A stretch of DNA of 64,000 nucleotides from a bacterium (GCA_030693425.1 JAUYAM010000002.1:320632-384631); one strand, 5' to 3'; shown: positions 34,527-43,626, counted from the stretch's first letter. Made by a program: numbers and translations. The notes: generated from the sequence alone by a model not told the origin.

Positions 34527-34535
34527 ATTCTATCA
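34527..34535 (-). promoter_or_regulatory. Extended -10 TGaTAGAAT; near-leaderless start of the GT4 operon
   Basis: Minus strand reads gcagttttttGATAGAATaaaaatacaATG, with 9 nt between the box and ATG 34517. Confidence 0.45.
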
Positions 34536-34560
34536 AAAAACTGCTCTCTTGTCTCTTCGA

Positions 34561-34587
34561 ACCTGAGCCTCAGAGCCGAAGGCCTGA
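34561..34587. repeat. 27-mer identical to 9041-9067 (REP-like hairpin ctcag-agccgaaggc-ctgag)
   Basis: acctgagcctcagagccgaaggcctgag. The flanking ...atcgaaggattggcga also matches 9094-9110. Confidence 0.9.
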
Positions 34588-34823
34588 GCCACATCGAAGG
34601 ATTGGCGATTCTTTTGGCTTGCCAAATGGGACGATTTTCCTTGTCCCGCCGAAGCCCTTCGATAAACTCAGGGCGAAGGAGGAAAATCTTTAAGTGGGCT
34701 GTAACTAGTTGCTTGGCCCGGCCAAGCAACCGCCCAGAAATTCAGGCAAGGCGAGGCCTTATGTACCGTGTTGTTAAAAAGAAAAGCTCGGCGGCAACGA
34801 ACTGATGACGCTATGCCGAGCTT

Positions 34824-35129
34824 TTAGTGGTGGTTGGAAAGAAGCTTTGTTATTGTTCGCTGAACAATTTCTATGGTTTGTTCAGTAAATTCCGGGTTGA
34901 GATCGTATTGTTTTAATTTTACGACCCTAACCTCTATTTTCTCAGGACCAGCAATAAGCTTTATGAGATAGCCGTGGTTAAACCGCGTCCTTTTTCTCAC
35001 TATTGCTAATCCTGTGGTAACGGGCCAGACAATAACGCTTGATCCAAGATTTTTGCGTAGTTCTGGCTCAAAGTGAGCCAGAACCTTCTCAGCTCCCTTC
35101 CAACCGTAGGGGTTGGATATCTTAACCAT
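34824..35129 (-). CDS. Hypothetical protein (101 aa)
   Basis: A strong SD (aaaggaggtgaaat) precedes ATG 35129, and a terminator-like hairpin lies downstream at about 34785-34826. No family was recognised. Confidence 0.55.
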   Translation of the reverse strand: MVKISNPYGWKGAEKVLAHFEPELRKNLGSSVIVWPVTTGLAIVRKRTRFNHGYLIKLIAGPEKIEVRVVKLKQYDLNPEFTEQTIEIVQRTITKLLSNHH

Positions 35130-35427
35130 ATTTCACCTCCTTTCCGTGAAAGGATTAAGACACTGGCTTCATTATACGGCATTTCGCGGGCAAAGAAAAA
35201 CCCGGCTAGAAAAACTTCTGAAAGACGCCGGCCAAAGAGGGAAAAACGGTTGAAAATGAACTCAAAACCCCAGAGCAGTCACATTTAACGTGACGCCGCG
35301 GGGCAAGCCGCCATTGCCGGCTAAAAACGACTGAAAAAGACCGGACTAATTTCGGTAGACAAAAACAATAAATTCTGCTAATACTGATAAGAAACAAAAC
35401 AATTTCTGAATTGCGGAGGAGGCGCTA

Positions 35428-35865
35428 ATGAACAGAAAAACGATTGTTCAAACTATCTCTAGAGAGATAGGACAAACCAAACAAAGACTTCAAGAACTGG
35501 CCAATGATAAAAGGGATGGCGAAGGCCCGAGAACCAGCTGGCACGACCAGACCCACCTCGACGTCGAAAGGGCTATTGAGGATAGCCAACGGCATCTGGC
35601 AAGGTGCCTCAGGGTTCTCGCTTCTGTGCAGGGCCACGAATCGTCTATGGTTATTAGCGACGGTTCGCTGGTTAATCTCTCTATCGACGGAGAAAGAGGA
35701 GATTACGTTATCGTCGAAAGAGAAGACGGAGGCGCCATAGGCAACGTACTTGTCCTTTCGTCCCAGTCCCTGATCGGAGGAGCGATCTGGAACAAACCGC
35801 GGGGCGAGCACAAGGTGCGAACGTCTAGCGGTCTAGTCCGGGTCAAAATCTTAGAAGTCTCATAA
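35428..35865 (+). CDS. GreA/GreB C-terminal-domain-like protein
   Basis: SD ggaggagg. The C-terminus, VNLSIDGERGDYVIVEREDGGAIGNVLVLSSQSLIGGAIWNKPRGEHKVRTSSGLVRVKILEV, follows the Gre C-terminal pattern (x-V...iS..SPlG.Al.G...Gd.v). Confidence 0.5.
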   Translation: MNRKTIVQTISREIGQTKQRLQELANDKRDGEGPRTSWHDQTHLDVERAIEDSQRHLARCLRVLASVQGHESSMVISDGSLVNLSIDGERGDYVIVEREDGGAIGNVLVLSSQSLIGGAIWNKPRGEHKVRTSSGLVRVKILEVS

Positions 35866-35905
35866 TATAAAAACCGGCAAGGAGAACCGGTTTTTATTGT
35901 TCCCA

Positions 35906-36349
35906 TTATTTTCTGTTTAGTCTTTCAAAAGCTTTAAGAACGTAATTTTTAACGTTGATGTTATGAAAATCAAAACTGTCAATTTCTTCCGGCCCTATCC
36001 ATTTGACGTCAGCTGTTTCTTCCGTGACTTTCGGCTCCCCTGATTTGTAATGGCATAGAAAAACCATGGCGATCACCTGTAATTTGTCTTCATTATGCTC
36101 AAAGGTATTGTTGGCGATCAGCTCCATCTCATTCTCAATCTCAATCCCGGCTTCCTCTAAAGCCTCTTTTTTTGCAGTCTCCTGCAAGGCGTTGTGGACA
36201 ACGCCGGTAAACTCTAATTTACCGCCAGGAACCGACCAGGTGCCGGCACCGTGCTTTTCCTGCCAGCCACGCTGAACAAGGAGAACCTTGTTCTCCCTGT
36301 TAACAATAATGGCGTTGACGACTACTGAATATTTCTGTTCTTCTGGCAT
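35906..36349 (-). CDS. NUDIX hydrolase
   Basis: The Nudix box is GGKLEFTGVVHNALQETAKKEALEEAGIE (G-x5-E-x7-REUxEExGU-like). Confidence 0.85.
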   Translation of the reverse strand: MPEEQKYSVVVNAIIVNRENKVLLVQRGWQEKHGAGTWSVPGGKLEFTGVVHNALQETAKKEALEEAGIEIENEMELIANNTFEHNEDKLQVIAMVFLCHYKSGEPKVTEETADVKWIGPEEIDSFDFHNINVKNYVLKAFERLNRK

Positions 36350-36354
36350 ATTTT

Positions 36355-36969
36355 TTATTTACTGGAGTAAGCGCACTCCCGTTTTATTAATTCTACATCT
36401 TTATGGTTGAAAATGCCTTTTTCCAAACCGGCCTGGCACAGCCCGTCAAGATCAGAAAGATAAACAATCCTCAGTTTAGTCATAAACTCTTTCATCTGGG
36501 GCAGGTAGCTGAAAATCGCGCAAACTTCTGCGTTATAGCCGGCTGCCTGCAACTCCTCGACATTGGCCGTGCTGATTTTGCCTTCGCCGATAACGTCATC
36601 AATAACCGTGACAAGACTGCCCTTGGCATCCGGCAAACTGCCGACGAATCGATGGCCGAGACCGTATTCTTTTGACTCTTTACGGAAGAAAATCAGCGGT
36701 TTTCTTAAAATATCGGCTACAACGGCAGCATAATAGTTTGCCCCGCTTTCAATGCCACAAATACAGACTGATTCAGGACTTACTAAAGAAGCTAATTGTT
36801 CAGCTAAATAACGTCTGACTTTAAAATCTTTTGTCGTGCTTTTAATATTTACAACCAAGGGCGTCATTACGCCCGGCTGGACTTCAATATAATTCTTGGT
36901 GCTGTAATTCACTACATCAGGAGTTTTCAATAGCAAGTCCTCGGTTTTTACTTTTGCTTCCTGACTCAT
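36355..36969 (-). CDS. Type I phosphoribosyltransferase (orotate-PRTase-like)
   Basis: The PRPP-binding loop is LVTVIDDVIGEGKIS, preceded by FFRKESKEYGLGHRFVG. Confidence 0.7.
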   Translation of the reverse strand: MSQEAKVKTEDLLLKTPDVVNYSTKNYIEVQPGVMTPLVVNIKSTTKDFKVRRYLAEQLASLVSPESVCICGIESGANYYAAVVADILRKPLIFFRKESKEYGLGHRFVGSLPDAKGSLVTVIDDVIGEGKISTANVEELQAAGYNAEVCAIFSYLPQMKEFMTKLRIVYLSDLDGLCQAGLEKGIFNHKDVELIKRECAYSSK

Positions 36970-37056
36970 TCTTATACAAAGTTATTTAATATTCTCGGTT
37001 TTCTAATATTAAAATATGGTCGGGGGGAGGGGTAGAGGTCTCTCCCCCGACAAGGC

Positions 37057-37605
37057 CTAATCTGTCATGAACGGCCAGAGAAGAAACGAGAAACGCCGGG
37101 CCTTTTCCTGGAGCTGCGACAGTGTGCCAATGTTTTCCACTGAGATGTCTGCCGCGGCCAAGATTTGTTCTAGACCCATGTCAACCGACTCGTCATTCTC
37201 CAACCTTTCGAATTCCTCCTTGGTACCTAACGGAATCTTTCCTCTCACCTTTAACCGCTCGAAGCGATCGTCAGGCGTCGAGGTGACTTTGACGACAAGA
37301 AGGTCGGGAAAAAGCTTTCGCAAGTATTCCAGCTCGAACCAGTAGCGAAGCCCATCAAGAACAAGAAATTGCTTAGGGCTTTTCTCCGGTTCAGCCAGAA
37401 CGTATTCTACCTGCCACATGCGGTTTCTCCCATACCATTCTTTTGCCAGGGCATGGATATTGTCGTGGGTCACTTTCAACCCGCGCCTTCCCACCTCCTC
37501 TACCATAGGTTTGCTGAGCACACAGTGGCACTCAGGGGAAAGTCCCATCACCTGGACAAATGTACTTTTGCCGGCACCTGACCGGCCGACGACAACGACT
37601 AACAT
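37057..37605 (-). CDS. P-loop NTPase, nucleotide-kinase-like
   Basis: Walker A is VVVGRSGAGKSTF. The 182-aa size and absence of other domains fit this class. Confidence 0.55.
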   Translation of the reverse strand: MLVVVVGRSGAGKSTFVQVMGLSPECHCVLSKPMVEEVGRRGLKVTHDNIHALAKEWYGRNRMWQVEYVLAEPEKSPKQFLVLDGLRYWFELEYLRKLFPDLLVVKVTSTPDDRFERLKVRGKIPLGTKEEFERLENDESVDMGLEQILAAADISVENIGTLSQLQEKARRFSFLLWPFMTD

Positions 37606-37633
37606 ATCAGCCTCCTTTGCTTTAGTTAGTTAT

Positions 37634-38380
37634 TCATACCATCAATTCTGACTTCAAAACCATCCTTTTTTCAAAAAAATTGATCGCGTAGTAAAAACTA
37701 AGACCCATTATGCTGGAAATGGCAACGGCCGCAAGAACTAAAGCGGTATTCATATTATAATAACTCGAGATTATCAGAAAACCCAAGCCCTTATTGGAAC
37801 TGATGAATTCACCGACCAATGCCCCGATTACCGACAAAGAACTTGAAACCTTGAAAGCGGCAAATAGATAAGGCATTATCGCCGGCAGAATCAGCATCTT
37901 TGTCAGCTGTTTCCTGTCAGCGGCATAAACCCTAAAAAGCGCCAGCAAATCCCGATCCAAGCACTTAATCCCCCGAAGAACATTGACCAGAGCCGGAAAA
38001 AAGCAGATCAGCATCGCCGTCACTATTTTAGAAAAGACGCCCGGTCCGAACCAAATTATTAAAAGCGGGACAATGGCAATAATCGGCATCGTCTTGATAA
38101 CAATGGCTATCGGCATGACAACGTCTTCCAATTTATTGTGAAAAGCGATCAGAAGCGCAATCAGAATGCTGATCAGATTGGCTAATAAAAAACCAGTAAA
38201 GGATTCCAGAAACGTAATAACCGCGTTAAAAGAAATAATCTCGATGTTTCCGATCAAAACGTTAAAAACTTCAAGGGGCGAAGGCAAAATATAGGCGGGA
38301 AAGCTGAAAAACTGCACCAGTAAATGCCAGCTCAGAAAAAAGACGACGACACTTATTATTTTCGGAAAAACCTTATTCAT
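37634..38380 (-). CDS. ABC transporter permease (NitT/TauT family)
   Basis: 248 aa, 6 TM helices, with an EAA-like loop LFRVYAADRKQLTKMLILPAIMP. Confidence 0.85.
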   Translation of the reverse strand: MNKVFPKIISVVVFFLSWHLLVQFFSFPAYILPSPLEVFNVLIGNIEIISFNAVITFLESFTGFLLANLISILIALLIAFHNKLEDVVMPIAIVIKTMPIIAIVPLLIIWFGPGVFSKIVTAMLICFFPALVNVLRGIKCLDRDLLALFRVYAADRKQLTKMLILPAIMPYLFAAFKVSSSLSVIGALVGEFISSNKGLGFLIISSYYNMNTALVLAAVAISSIMGLSFYYAINFFEKRMVLKSELMV

Positions 38381-39113
38381 TGATCAGTTCCTGTTTAATG
38401 ATCTTAATGTAATTGATGAATTTTTCAGAAAGGGTAATCGCTTCATTCCTGTTTTCGAAATCAATACTAAATATTTTTTTGACCTTAGACGGCCTCGGGG
38501 TTAAAACTATCACCTTTTCAGCCAGATAGACTGCTTCGGCGAGCGAATGAGTGACCATTATGGTAGTCTTATTCGTCTGACCGTGGATCTCCAGCAAATA
38601 ATCGTGCATTTTGGCGCGATTGATCTCGTCAATACAAGAAAATGGTTCATCGAGCAAAAGAATATCCGGGTCCAGAATCAGCGCTCTGACAATAGAAACC
38701 AGCTGTTGCATGCCCCCGGATAACTCGTAAGGCATTTTTAGAGAAAGACCACCAAGCTTTACTTTCTCCAATAAATGATAAGCTCTTTGCTCGTCCTTAA
38801 TTCCGGCAATTTCCTGAGGCAAGGTAATATTTTGGATGACATTCCGCCAGGGCAAAAGAGTTGGCTTTTGGAAGACATATCCTATTTTCCTGTTCTTTTT
38901 CACTTCTTTCGGGGCTTTTCCTTTTATCTTAATTGTCCCGGAATAATCTTCCGTTACTCCTCCGAGAAGATTCAGAAGAGTCGTCTTGCCGCAGCCAAAC
39001 GGGCCGACAACAGAAACAAAATCGCCTTCGTCAACAGAAAAATTCAAATCTTGTAAGGCGTAAAATCCTTTGGCGTATTCTTTGGTTACAGACTTAACTT
39101 CAATAAAGTCCAT
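38373..39113 (-). CDS. ABC transporter ATP-binding protein (NitT/TauT family)
   Basis: Walker A GPFGCGKTT, signature LSGGMQQLVSIVRA, and Walker B ILLLDEPFS. It overlaps the permease gene by 8 nt. Confidence 0.9.
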   Translation of the reverse strand: MDFIEVKSVTKEYAKGFYALQDLNFSVDEGDFVSVVGPFGCGKTTLLNLLGGVTEDYSGTIKIKGKAPKEVKKNRKIGYVFQKPTLLPWRNVIQNITLPQEIAGIKDEQRAYHLLEKVKLGGLSLKMPYELSGGMQQLVSIVRALILDPDILLLDEPFSCIDEINRAKMHDYLLEIHGQTNKTTIMVTHSLAEAVYLAEKVIVLTPRPSKVKKIFSIDFENRNEAITLSEKFINYIKIIKQELINE

Positions 39114-39116
39114 TGC

Positions 39117-40107
39117 CTAATCAAGAAAATCATTAGTAAAAACCTTGTCTATCTCCACTCGGTTTTTCATTATTTCCTGGTTCAATAACATTTCCTGAAT
39201 GGATTCCCAGACATTTTTGTCCGAATAGCCGATTTTCCCTCCGGCGTTGATTAAAGGAACGCTGAGCTCAAAGAATTTCGTCTGGTGTTCCCTATCAAGG
39301 GTATTATTCATCAGCATCACCTCGTCTATGGCTTCAGTGGGATTGGCTAAAGCGCTTTCCCATCCTTTGATGGTCGCCTGAACAAAAGCTCTAACTGCTT
39401 CTGGACGCTCCTTGATCATTTTTTCCGTCGTGAACAAGGTATCGGCATAGAAATTAATTCCGTAATCTCTGGGCTTTATCAAATTAACCTCAAATCCTTC
39501 TTGCTCCAGCAGAATCGGCTCGTTAATTTCATAAAGTACCTGGGCGTCAAACTGTCCTGTCGTAAGTTGGGAAATCCCGGCAATGACCGGAACCTCCTCG
39601 ATTTTTTTAGTATCAATATTCTCTTTCGCCAATAAGGCCCGATAAATAATTTCCTCGTCTCGGCCGTAGACAACTCCTACTTTCTTCCCCTCAAGATCTT
39701 TGGGAGCAATAATGTTTTTGTCCTTTAGAGATCCTATCTATGGCCACGGGAGATTGCTTGTATATTACCGCCAAGGCGACTATCGGCACTCCTTTTTCTC
39801 TAGCCAACAGAATCTGATCTGCGCCCGTAATGCCGAAATCATTCACTCCGGTGACAACCATCTGAACCGGAGAAATATCAGGGCCCCCAGGATAAATCCC
39901 TACGTCCAAACCATTTTCCGCATAGAAACCAAGCTTATTTGCCATATAAAAACCTGAGAACTGAGCCTGGTTAATCCACTTTAGCCTTAAAGAGACTTTC
40001 TTGGACTCTTCCTGGGCTCCCGGCCAGTATTTCATGCCCACCGTTATTAAGATGATTGTGAGTAAAAGACCTAAAAACAAAAATACGTATTTCAGTTTTT
40101 TCGTCAT
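39117..40107 (-). pseudogene. NMT1/THI5-type (SsuA/TauA-like) substrate-binding protein interrupted by a frameshift
   Basis: The N-terminal ORF (39691-40107) ends AVIYKQSPVAIDRISKGQKHYCSQRS*. The adjacent frame continues the family sequence as SLKDKNIIAPKDLEGKKVGVVYGRDEEIIYRALLAKENI... down to 39117. The shift must lie between 39694 and 39738. Confidence 0.6.
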
Positions 40108-40251
40108 GTTTTTATTAAATTACCTCTTATTATAAAAATGACTGGCTACGCTAACTTAAGTAATATAACAGATATTAAGGCTTTTGTCAACTAAGCCGTG
40201 GGCGCCCGTGGAAATGCTGTCAATCTTGATTCTTTCTCTTTCTCCATTTTT

Positions 40252-40260
40252 ATTCTACCA
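40252..40260 (-). promoter_or_regulatory. Extended -10 TGgTAGAAT after the palindromic terminator
   Basis: Minus strand reads cctgcctaccggtaggcagggttttttGGTAGAAT. Confidence 0.4.
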
Positions 40261-40266
40261 AAAAAC

Positions 40267-40286
40267 CCTGCCTACCGGTAGGCAGG
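40267..40286. terminator. 20-bp perfect palindrome cctgcctaccggtaggcagg with flanking A- and T-tracts (bidirectional terminator type), copy 1
   Basis: It lies 53 nt downstream of the CYTH gene stop. Identical copies occur at 40886-40905 and 46903-46922, each followed by ...tcttt(t)ggcgatt. Confidence 0.65.
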
Positions 40287-40338
40287 CGCCTCTTTGGCGA
40301 TTATCCGGCTGTTTTTATCCAAGGGAAAGCTATATTCA

Positions 40339-40863
40339 CTAAGGATAAACAATTTTGTGATAGCCGTACTTTGCCAGGAACGGTTCAATGTCAGAGTACG
40401 CTTTGCCCGCCAATATGCCGCCGGCAAAAGCTTTTTCCTGGGTAACGTCTGCCAGGCAAAAGTCGGGCATTTGGAAACTATTCTTCTTTTCGCTTGAGTC
40501 AAACTCAAAATCAACCGCGACCAGACCCTCCAAATCGTCTTTGTAAACATCAATTTCCGCGGTTCGGTTTTCGAAGTTATAGTAATGCCGGATTTTCCTG
40601 AATCTTTTCCCTTTAATCCTTGAGAGTTCCTGATACTCTGTTTCTGACAGGAAAATTGTTTGTTCGTGCTGCTCCGAGGAATCAGTGCCGGCCAAAGGCA
40701 TCTTTTTGGTCATCTCGAAACTATCCCCTCTTTTCCTGATTCTCAAAACAGGGTGTTCTGCAGACGCGGGAATATAAATATCGATAATTTCTGTTGAATT
40801 CGATTTTTCGAAACCCTCCGGCAGTCTCTTTGCCAAAAAGGTTCTTTCTAATTCTATTTCCAT
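40339..40863 (-). CDS. CYTH-domain protein (CyaB/ThTPase-like triphosphate tunnel enzyme)
   Basis: N-terminal MEIELERTFL (ExExK-type start), followed by LRIRKRGDSFEMTKK and AEIDVY...LVAVDFEF. Confidence 0.85.
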   Translation of the reverse strand: MEIELERTFLAKRLPEGFEKSNSTEIIDIYIPASAEHPVLRIRKRGDSFEMTKKMPLAGTDSSEQHEQTIFLSETEYQELSRIKGKRFRKIRHYYNFENRTAEIDVYKDDLEGLVAVDFEFDSSEKKNSFQMPDFCLADVTQEKAFAGGILAGKAYSDIEPFLAKYGYHKIVYP

Positions 40864-40870
40864 ATTCTTT

Positions 40871-40879
40871 ACTCTATCA
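40871..40879 (-). promoter_or_regulatory. Extended -10 TGaTAGAGT; candidate leaderless CYTH transcript
   Basis: Minus strand reads gggttttttGATAGAGTaaagaatATG, with 7 nt between the box and ATG 40863. Confidence 0.45.
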
Positions 40880-40885
40880 AAAAAC

Positions 40886-40905
40886 CCTGCCTACCGGTAG
40901 GCAGG
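40886..40905. repeat. Palindrome cctgcctaccggtaggcagg, copy 2
   Basis: Identical 20-mer. No gene ends next to it on either strand. Confidence 0.85.
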
Positions 40906-41045
40906 CGCTTCTTTGGCGATTTTTGGCAAGTCTTTTATTCTCATTCCGTTATTTCACTCTATGTTAAAATAAATTTCCCGTCAATTTTACCCCAAAATTA
41001 ACTCAAAACCCCGCACAGCGACAGAGTTGCGTACGGGGCAGGCTC

Positions 41046-41099
41046 CTCCTTGACGATAAAATCAGAAAACGTGGGAGGTCGGACCTCCTTTGTTTTCAA
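41046..41099 (+). repeat. 54-nt repeat, second identical copy
   Basis: Identical to 29678-29731. It is preceded by a cccc...gggg hairpin (about 41024-41056), as at locus 1. Confidence 0.9.
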
Positions 41100-41206
41100 T
41101 GTGTTCTATGGCTACAGTTTTTAACATAGTTTTTTCTCTGCTCCTGGTATATAATTAATAGACATACTGGTATATGATTATAAAAGGAATATACAACTTC
41201 AAAAAT

Positions 41207-41476
41207 ATGAACAAAAAAACTTTCTTTTTATTAGGCGCTATTGTTTTACTGATAGCGTTCGGCGTTGGCGGTTATTTTATCTGGAATAAATGGAAAATCA
41301 TCTCTGGCAAAAACGCCATAAATAAAGCCGGCGAGACGGCGAACAAAATAATTGAGACTGCGCTCAAAGGCGTTTTGCCCGAGATGGGCGTCAATCCTTT
41401 AGAAAACAAACCGGATATCAACCCGGCCGATAAATTCAATCCTTTTAAAAATATTAAAATCAATCCCTTTGAATAA
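41207..41476 (+). CDS. Small membrane-anchored protein (89 aa)
   Basis: MNKKTFFLLGAIVLLIAFGVGGYFIW signal anchor. The stop lies 4 nt before the next ATG. Confidence 0.5.
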   Translation: MNKKTFFLLGAIVLLIAFGVGGYFIWNKWKIISGKNAINKAGETANKIIETALKGVLPEMGVNPLENKPDINPADKFNPFKNIKINPFE

Positions 41477-41480
41477 AAAT

Positions 41481-43025
41481 ATGAAAACGAAACATCTCGC
41501 CAGTTTTATTATCCTAGGTTTTTTAATAATCGGCTCAACCGTTTTAACCGGCCGGACATTTGCCGAAGAAACAACCAAAACGATAAACGTCCAGTATCCG
41601 GTCAATGAACTGGGTGGTTGTAAAAATGAAACTGACTGTCGTTTTTACTGTGACAAACCGGGAAATGCGGAGGCCTGCTTGGACTTTGCCCAAGAGAACA
41701 ATTTAATGTCTGAAGGAGAAATCAATGCGGCTAAAAATTTTCTGAAAATTGATGAAAATGGTCCGGGCGGATGCAAGGGAAAAGAAGAATGCGAAGAATA
41801 TTGCAGTAATACGAACCATATTGATGAATGTATTTCTTTTGCTGAAGAAAACAACTTAATACCGCCGGAAGAATTAGAAGAAGCGAGAAAAGTCCAAGCC
41901 GCGATTAGAAGAGGTTTCAATCCGCCTCCTTGCGGCAATAAAAAACGATGCGATATTTACTGCGACCAACCGGAACATATGGAAGAATGCATTACTTTCG
42001 GCATAGAAGCCGGTTTTATCCAGGGCGAAGAGCTTAATAACGTTCAAAAAATGCTGGCCGCCATTAAAAAAGGCGTAAAACCGCCTCCCTGCCGAGGCAA
42101 AGAGGCCTGCGATAAATATTGCGGCGAGCCCGACAATATGGAGGTCTGCATGACTTTTGCCATGGAAGCTGGTTTTATGACCGAGCAGGAAAAAGCCGAC
42201 TCCCAAAAAATGCTCCAGGCGCTCAAAAAAGGAATCAAGCCGCCTAATTGCCGAGGCAAAGAAGAATGCGATGTTTATTGCGGCCAGGAAGAGCATTTTG
42301 AAGAATGTATAAATTTTGCTGAAGCGGCTGGCTTTATGACTTCAGAAGACGCGGCAATGGCCCGCAAAACAAAAGGCAAGGGCCCGGGCGGCTGCAAAAA
42401 TAAGGAGGAATGCGAGGCGTTCTGCAATAATCCTGATAATCAAGAAGCATGTTTCAATTTTGCCAAAGAAAACGGAATGATACCGGAAGAAGACCTAAGA
42501 CAAATGGAAGAAAGCAAGCAGAAGCTCCAGGAGTCGCTGAACCAGGCGCCGCCGGCCGTGCTCGATTGCCTGAACTCGGTTCTGGGCAGCGACATGGTGG
42601 AAAAGATAAAGAGCGGCCAGGCGCTACCGCCGAGAGAAACCAACGACCAGATGCGCGCCTGTTTTGAAAAGATGAGGTCGCCGGCCGGAGAGGAAGGCCA
42701 GGGACAGATGCCGCCAGGACAAACCGGCCCGGACGGCCCTAATGGCCCGGCCGGGCCTCAGGGCTGCCAAAGCCCTACCGAATGCCAGGCTTTTTGCGAG
42801 AATAATCCTCAAGAGTGCCAAAACTTCGGGCCGCAATCAGAAGGGCCGACCCGACCCGAAGAACCTAACTCTCCAATGCCTCCCAATCAGCAGCTACCGA
42901 TAGAAAACCCTCCGCCTCCGGAAAATCCGCCTCCGTCAAACGAAAATCCTCCGGCCGGCTTATTCGGCCCGAACTCCCTACTTGGATCAGTCGCGAATAT
43001 TTTCCTCAAGATATTCAATCAATAG
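41481..43025 (+). CDS. Secreted protein built from 6-7 four-cysteine repeats of about 53 aa, plus a Pro-rich tail
   Basis: Signal anchor KHLASFIILGFLIIGSTVLTG. The unit C-x5-C-x3-C-x9-C followed by F(A/G)xExGF is repeated, for example GGCKGKEECEEYCSNTNHIDECISFAEENNL, PCRGKEACDKYCGEPDNMEVCMTFAMEAGF and NCRGKEECDVYCGQEEHFEECINFAEAAGF. The tail reads PIENPPPPENPPPSNENPP. Confidence 0.8.
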   Translation: MKTKHLASFIILGFLIIGSTVLTGRTFAEETTKTINVQYPVNELGGCKNETDCRFYCDKPGNAEACLDFAQENNLMSEGEINAAKNFLKIDENGPGGCKGKEECEEYCSNTNHIDECISFAEENNLIPPEELEEARKVQAAIRRGFNPPPCGNKKRCDIYCDQPEHMEECITFGIEAGFIQGEELNNVQKMLAAIKKGVKPPPCRGKEACDKYCGEPDNMEVCMTFAMEAGFMTEQEKADSQKMLQALKKGIKPPNCRGKEECDVYCGQEEHFEECINFAEAAGFMTSEDAAMARKTKGKGPGGCKNKEECEAFCNNPDNQEACFNFAKENGMIPEEDLRQMEESKQKLQESLNQAPPAVLDCLNSVLGSDMVEKIKSGQALPPRETNDQMRACFEKMRSPAGEEGQGQMPPGQTGPDGPNGPAGPQGCQSPTECQAFCENNPQECQNFGPQSEGPTRPEEPNSPMPPNQQLPIENPPPPENPPPSNENPPAGLFGPNSLLGSVANIFLKIFNQ

Positions 43026-43031
43026 CAAAAA

Positions 43032-43163
43032 CCCCGTATAACGCTTTCCACTCCCGAATCCTACGGGTTCGCGTCGTGGTGGCGCGTATACGGGGCAGGC
43101 CCCGCACAACGCTTTCCATTCCCGAAGCTTACAGCTTCGCGTCATGGTGGCGCGTATACGGGG
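43032..43163. repeat. Two tandem 64-nt imperfect-palindrome units (period 68), locus 2, between convergent genes
   Basis: Units at 43032-43095 and 43100-43163. The inner stems are gaatcc/gggttc and gaagct/agcttc (compensatory changes). Confidence 0.9.
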
Positions 43164-43188
43164 CAGGCCGCCCGGCCAAGAAACTTCC

Positions 43189-43626
43189 CTACTTTTTGGA
43201 AACCTTTTTAACCGATTTTTTAGCTTTAACGGCTGGAACCATGGCTTCTATTGCTTTAATAAGCCGGTCCATATTTACATTCAATATTTCCAATTGTTTT
43301 TTCAACCCATCATTATTTCCTTTACTAATGTCACCTCCAAAATCTGGTTTGAGAGGAGCCTTGTAGCTGTCATAACTCTTTTGCGGAAATCTATCCCCGC
43401 CCCTATTGCCGGTTTCTTTTTTGCCTCCAAAACAAGCATTGCAATACACTGGCTTGCCGCTAGTCGGCCTGAAAGGCACCTCGCATGGCTTTCCGCATTG
43501 GTCGCAAATCGCTTGATGTATGGTAACCGGGCCGCGATCTCTGCCCCCGCCAAATCCGCCTCGCCTGCCGAATCCGCCCCCATGGCCACCGAAACGTTTC
43601 TCACCGCCTCTTTTAAAATCTCCCAT
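43189..43626 (-). CDS. RGG-rich zinc-ribbon (CxxC...CxxC) nucleic-acid-binding protein
   Basis: N-terminus GGHGGGFGRRGGFGGGRDRG, then ICDQCGKPCEVPFRPTSGKPVYCNACF, then a Lys-rich tail. Confidence 0.75.
   Translation of the reverse strand: MGDFKRGGEKRFGGHGGGFGRRGGFGGGRDRGPVTIHQAICDQCGKPCEVPFRPTSGKPVYCNACFGGKKETGNRGGDRFPQKSYDSYKAPLKPDFGGDISKGNNDGLKKQLEILNVNMDRLIKAIEAMVPAVKAKKSVKKVSKK

Noticed and set aside
34466-34805. Track ORFs (75, 103 and 71 aa) in the spacer upstream of the GT4 operon
   Set aside because: They are composed of REP-like repeats (including ...PFDKLRAKEE...) and terminator hairpins. None has an SD.
35425-35811. 128-aa minus-strand ORF, with other ORFs in the same region (35504-35740, 35703-35906)
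   Set aside because: They are antisense or overlapping to the plus-strand Gre-like gene, which has an SD and a recognisable C-terminal domain pattern. The relatively GC-rich sequence there keeps several frames open.
40886-40905. Calling the second cctgcctaccggtaggcagg palindrome a functional terminator
   Set aside because: No gene ends next to it on either strand. It is reported only as a repeat copy.
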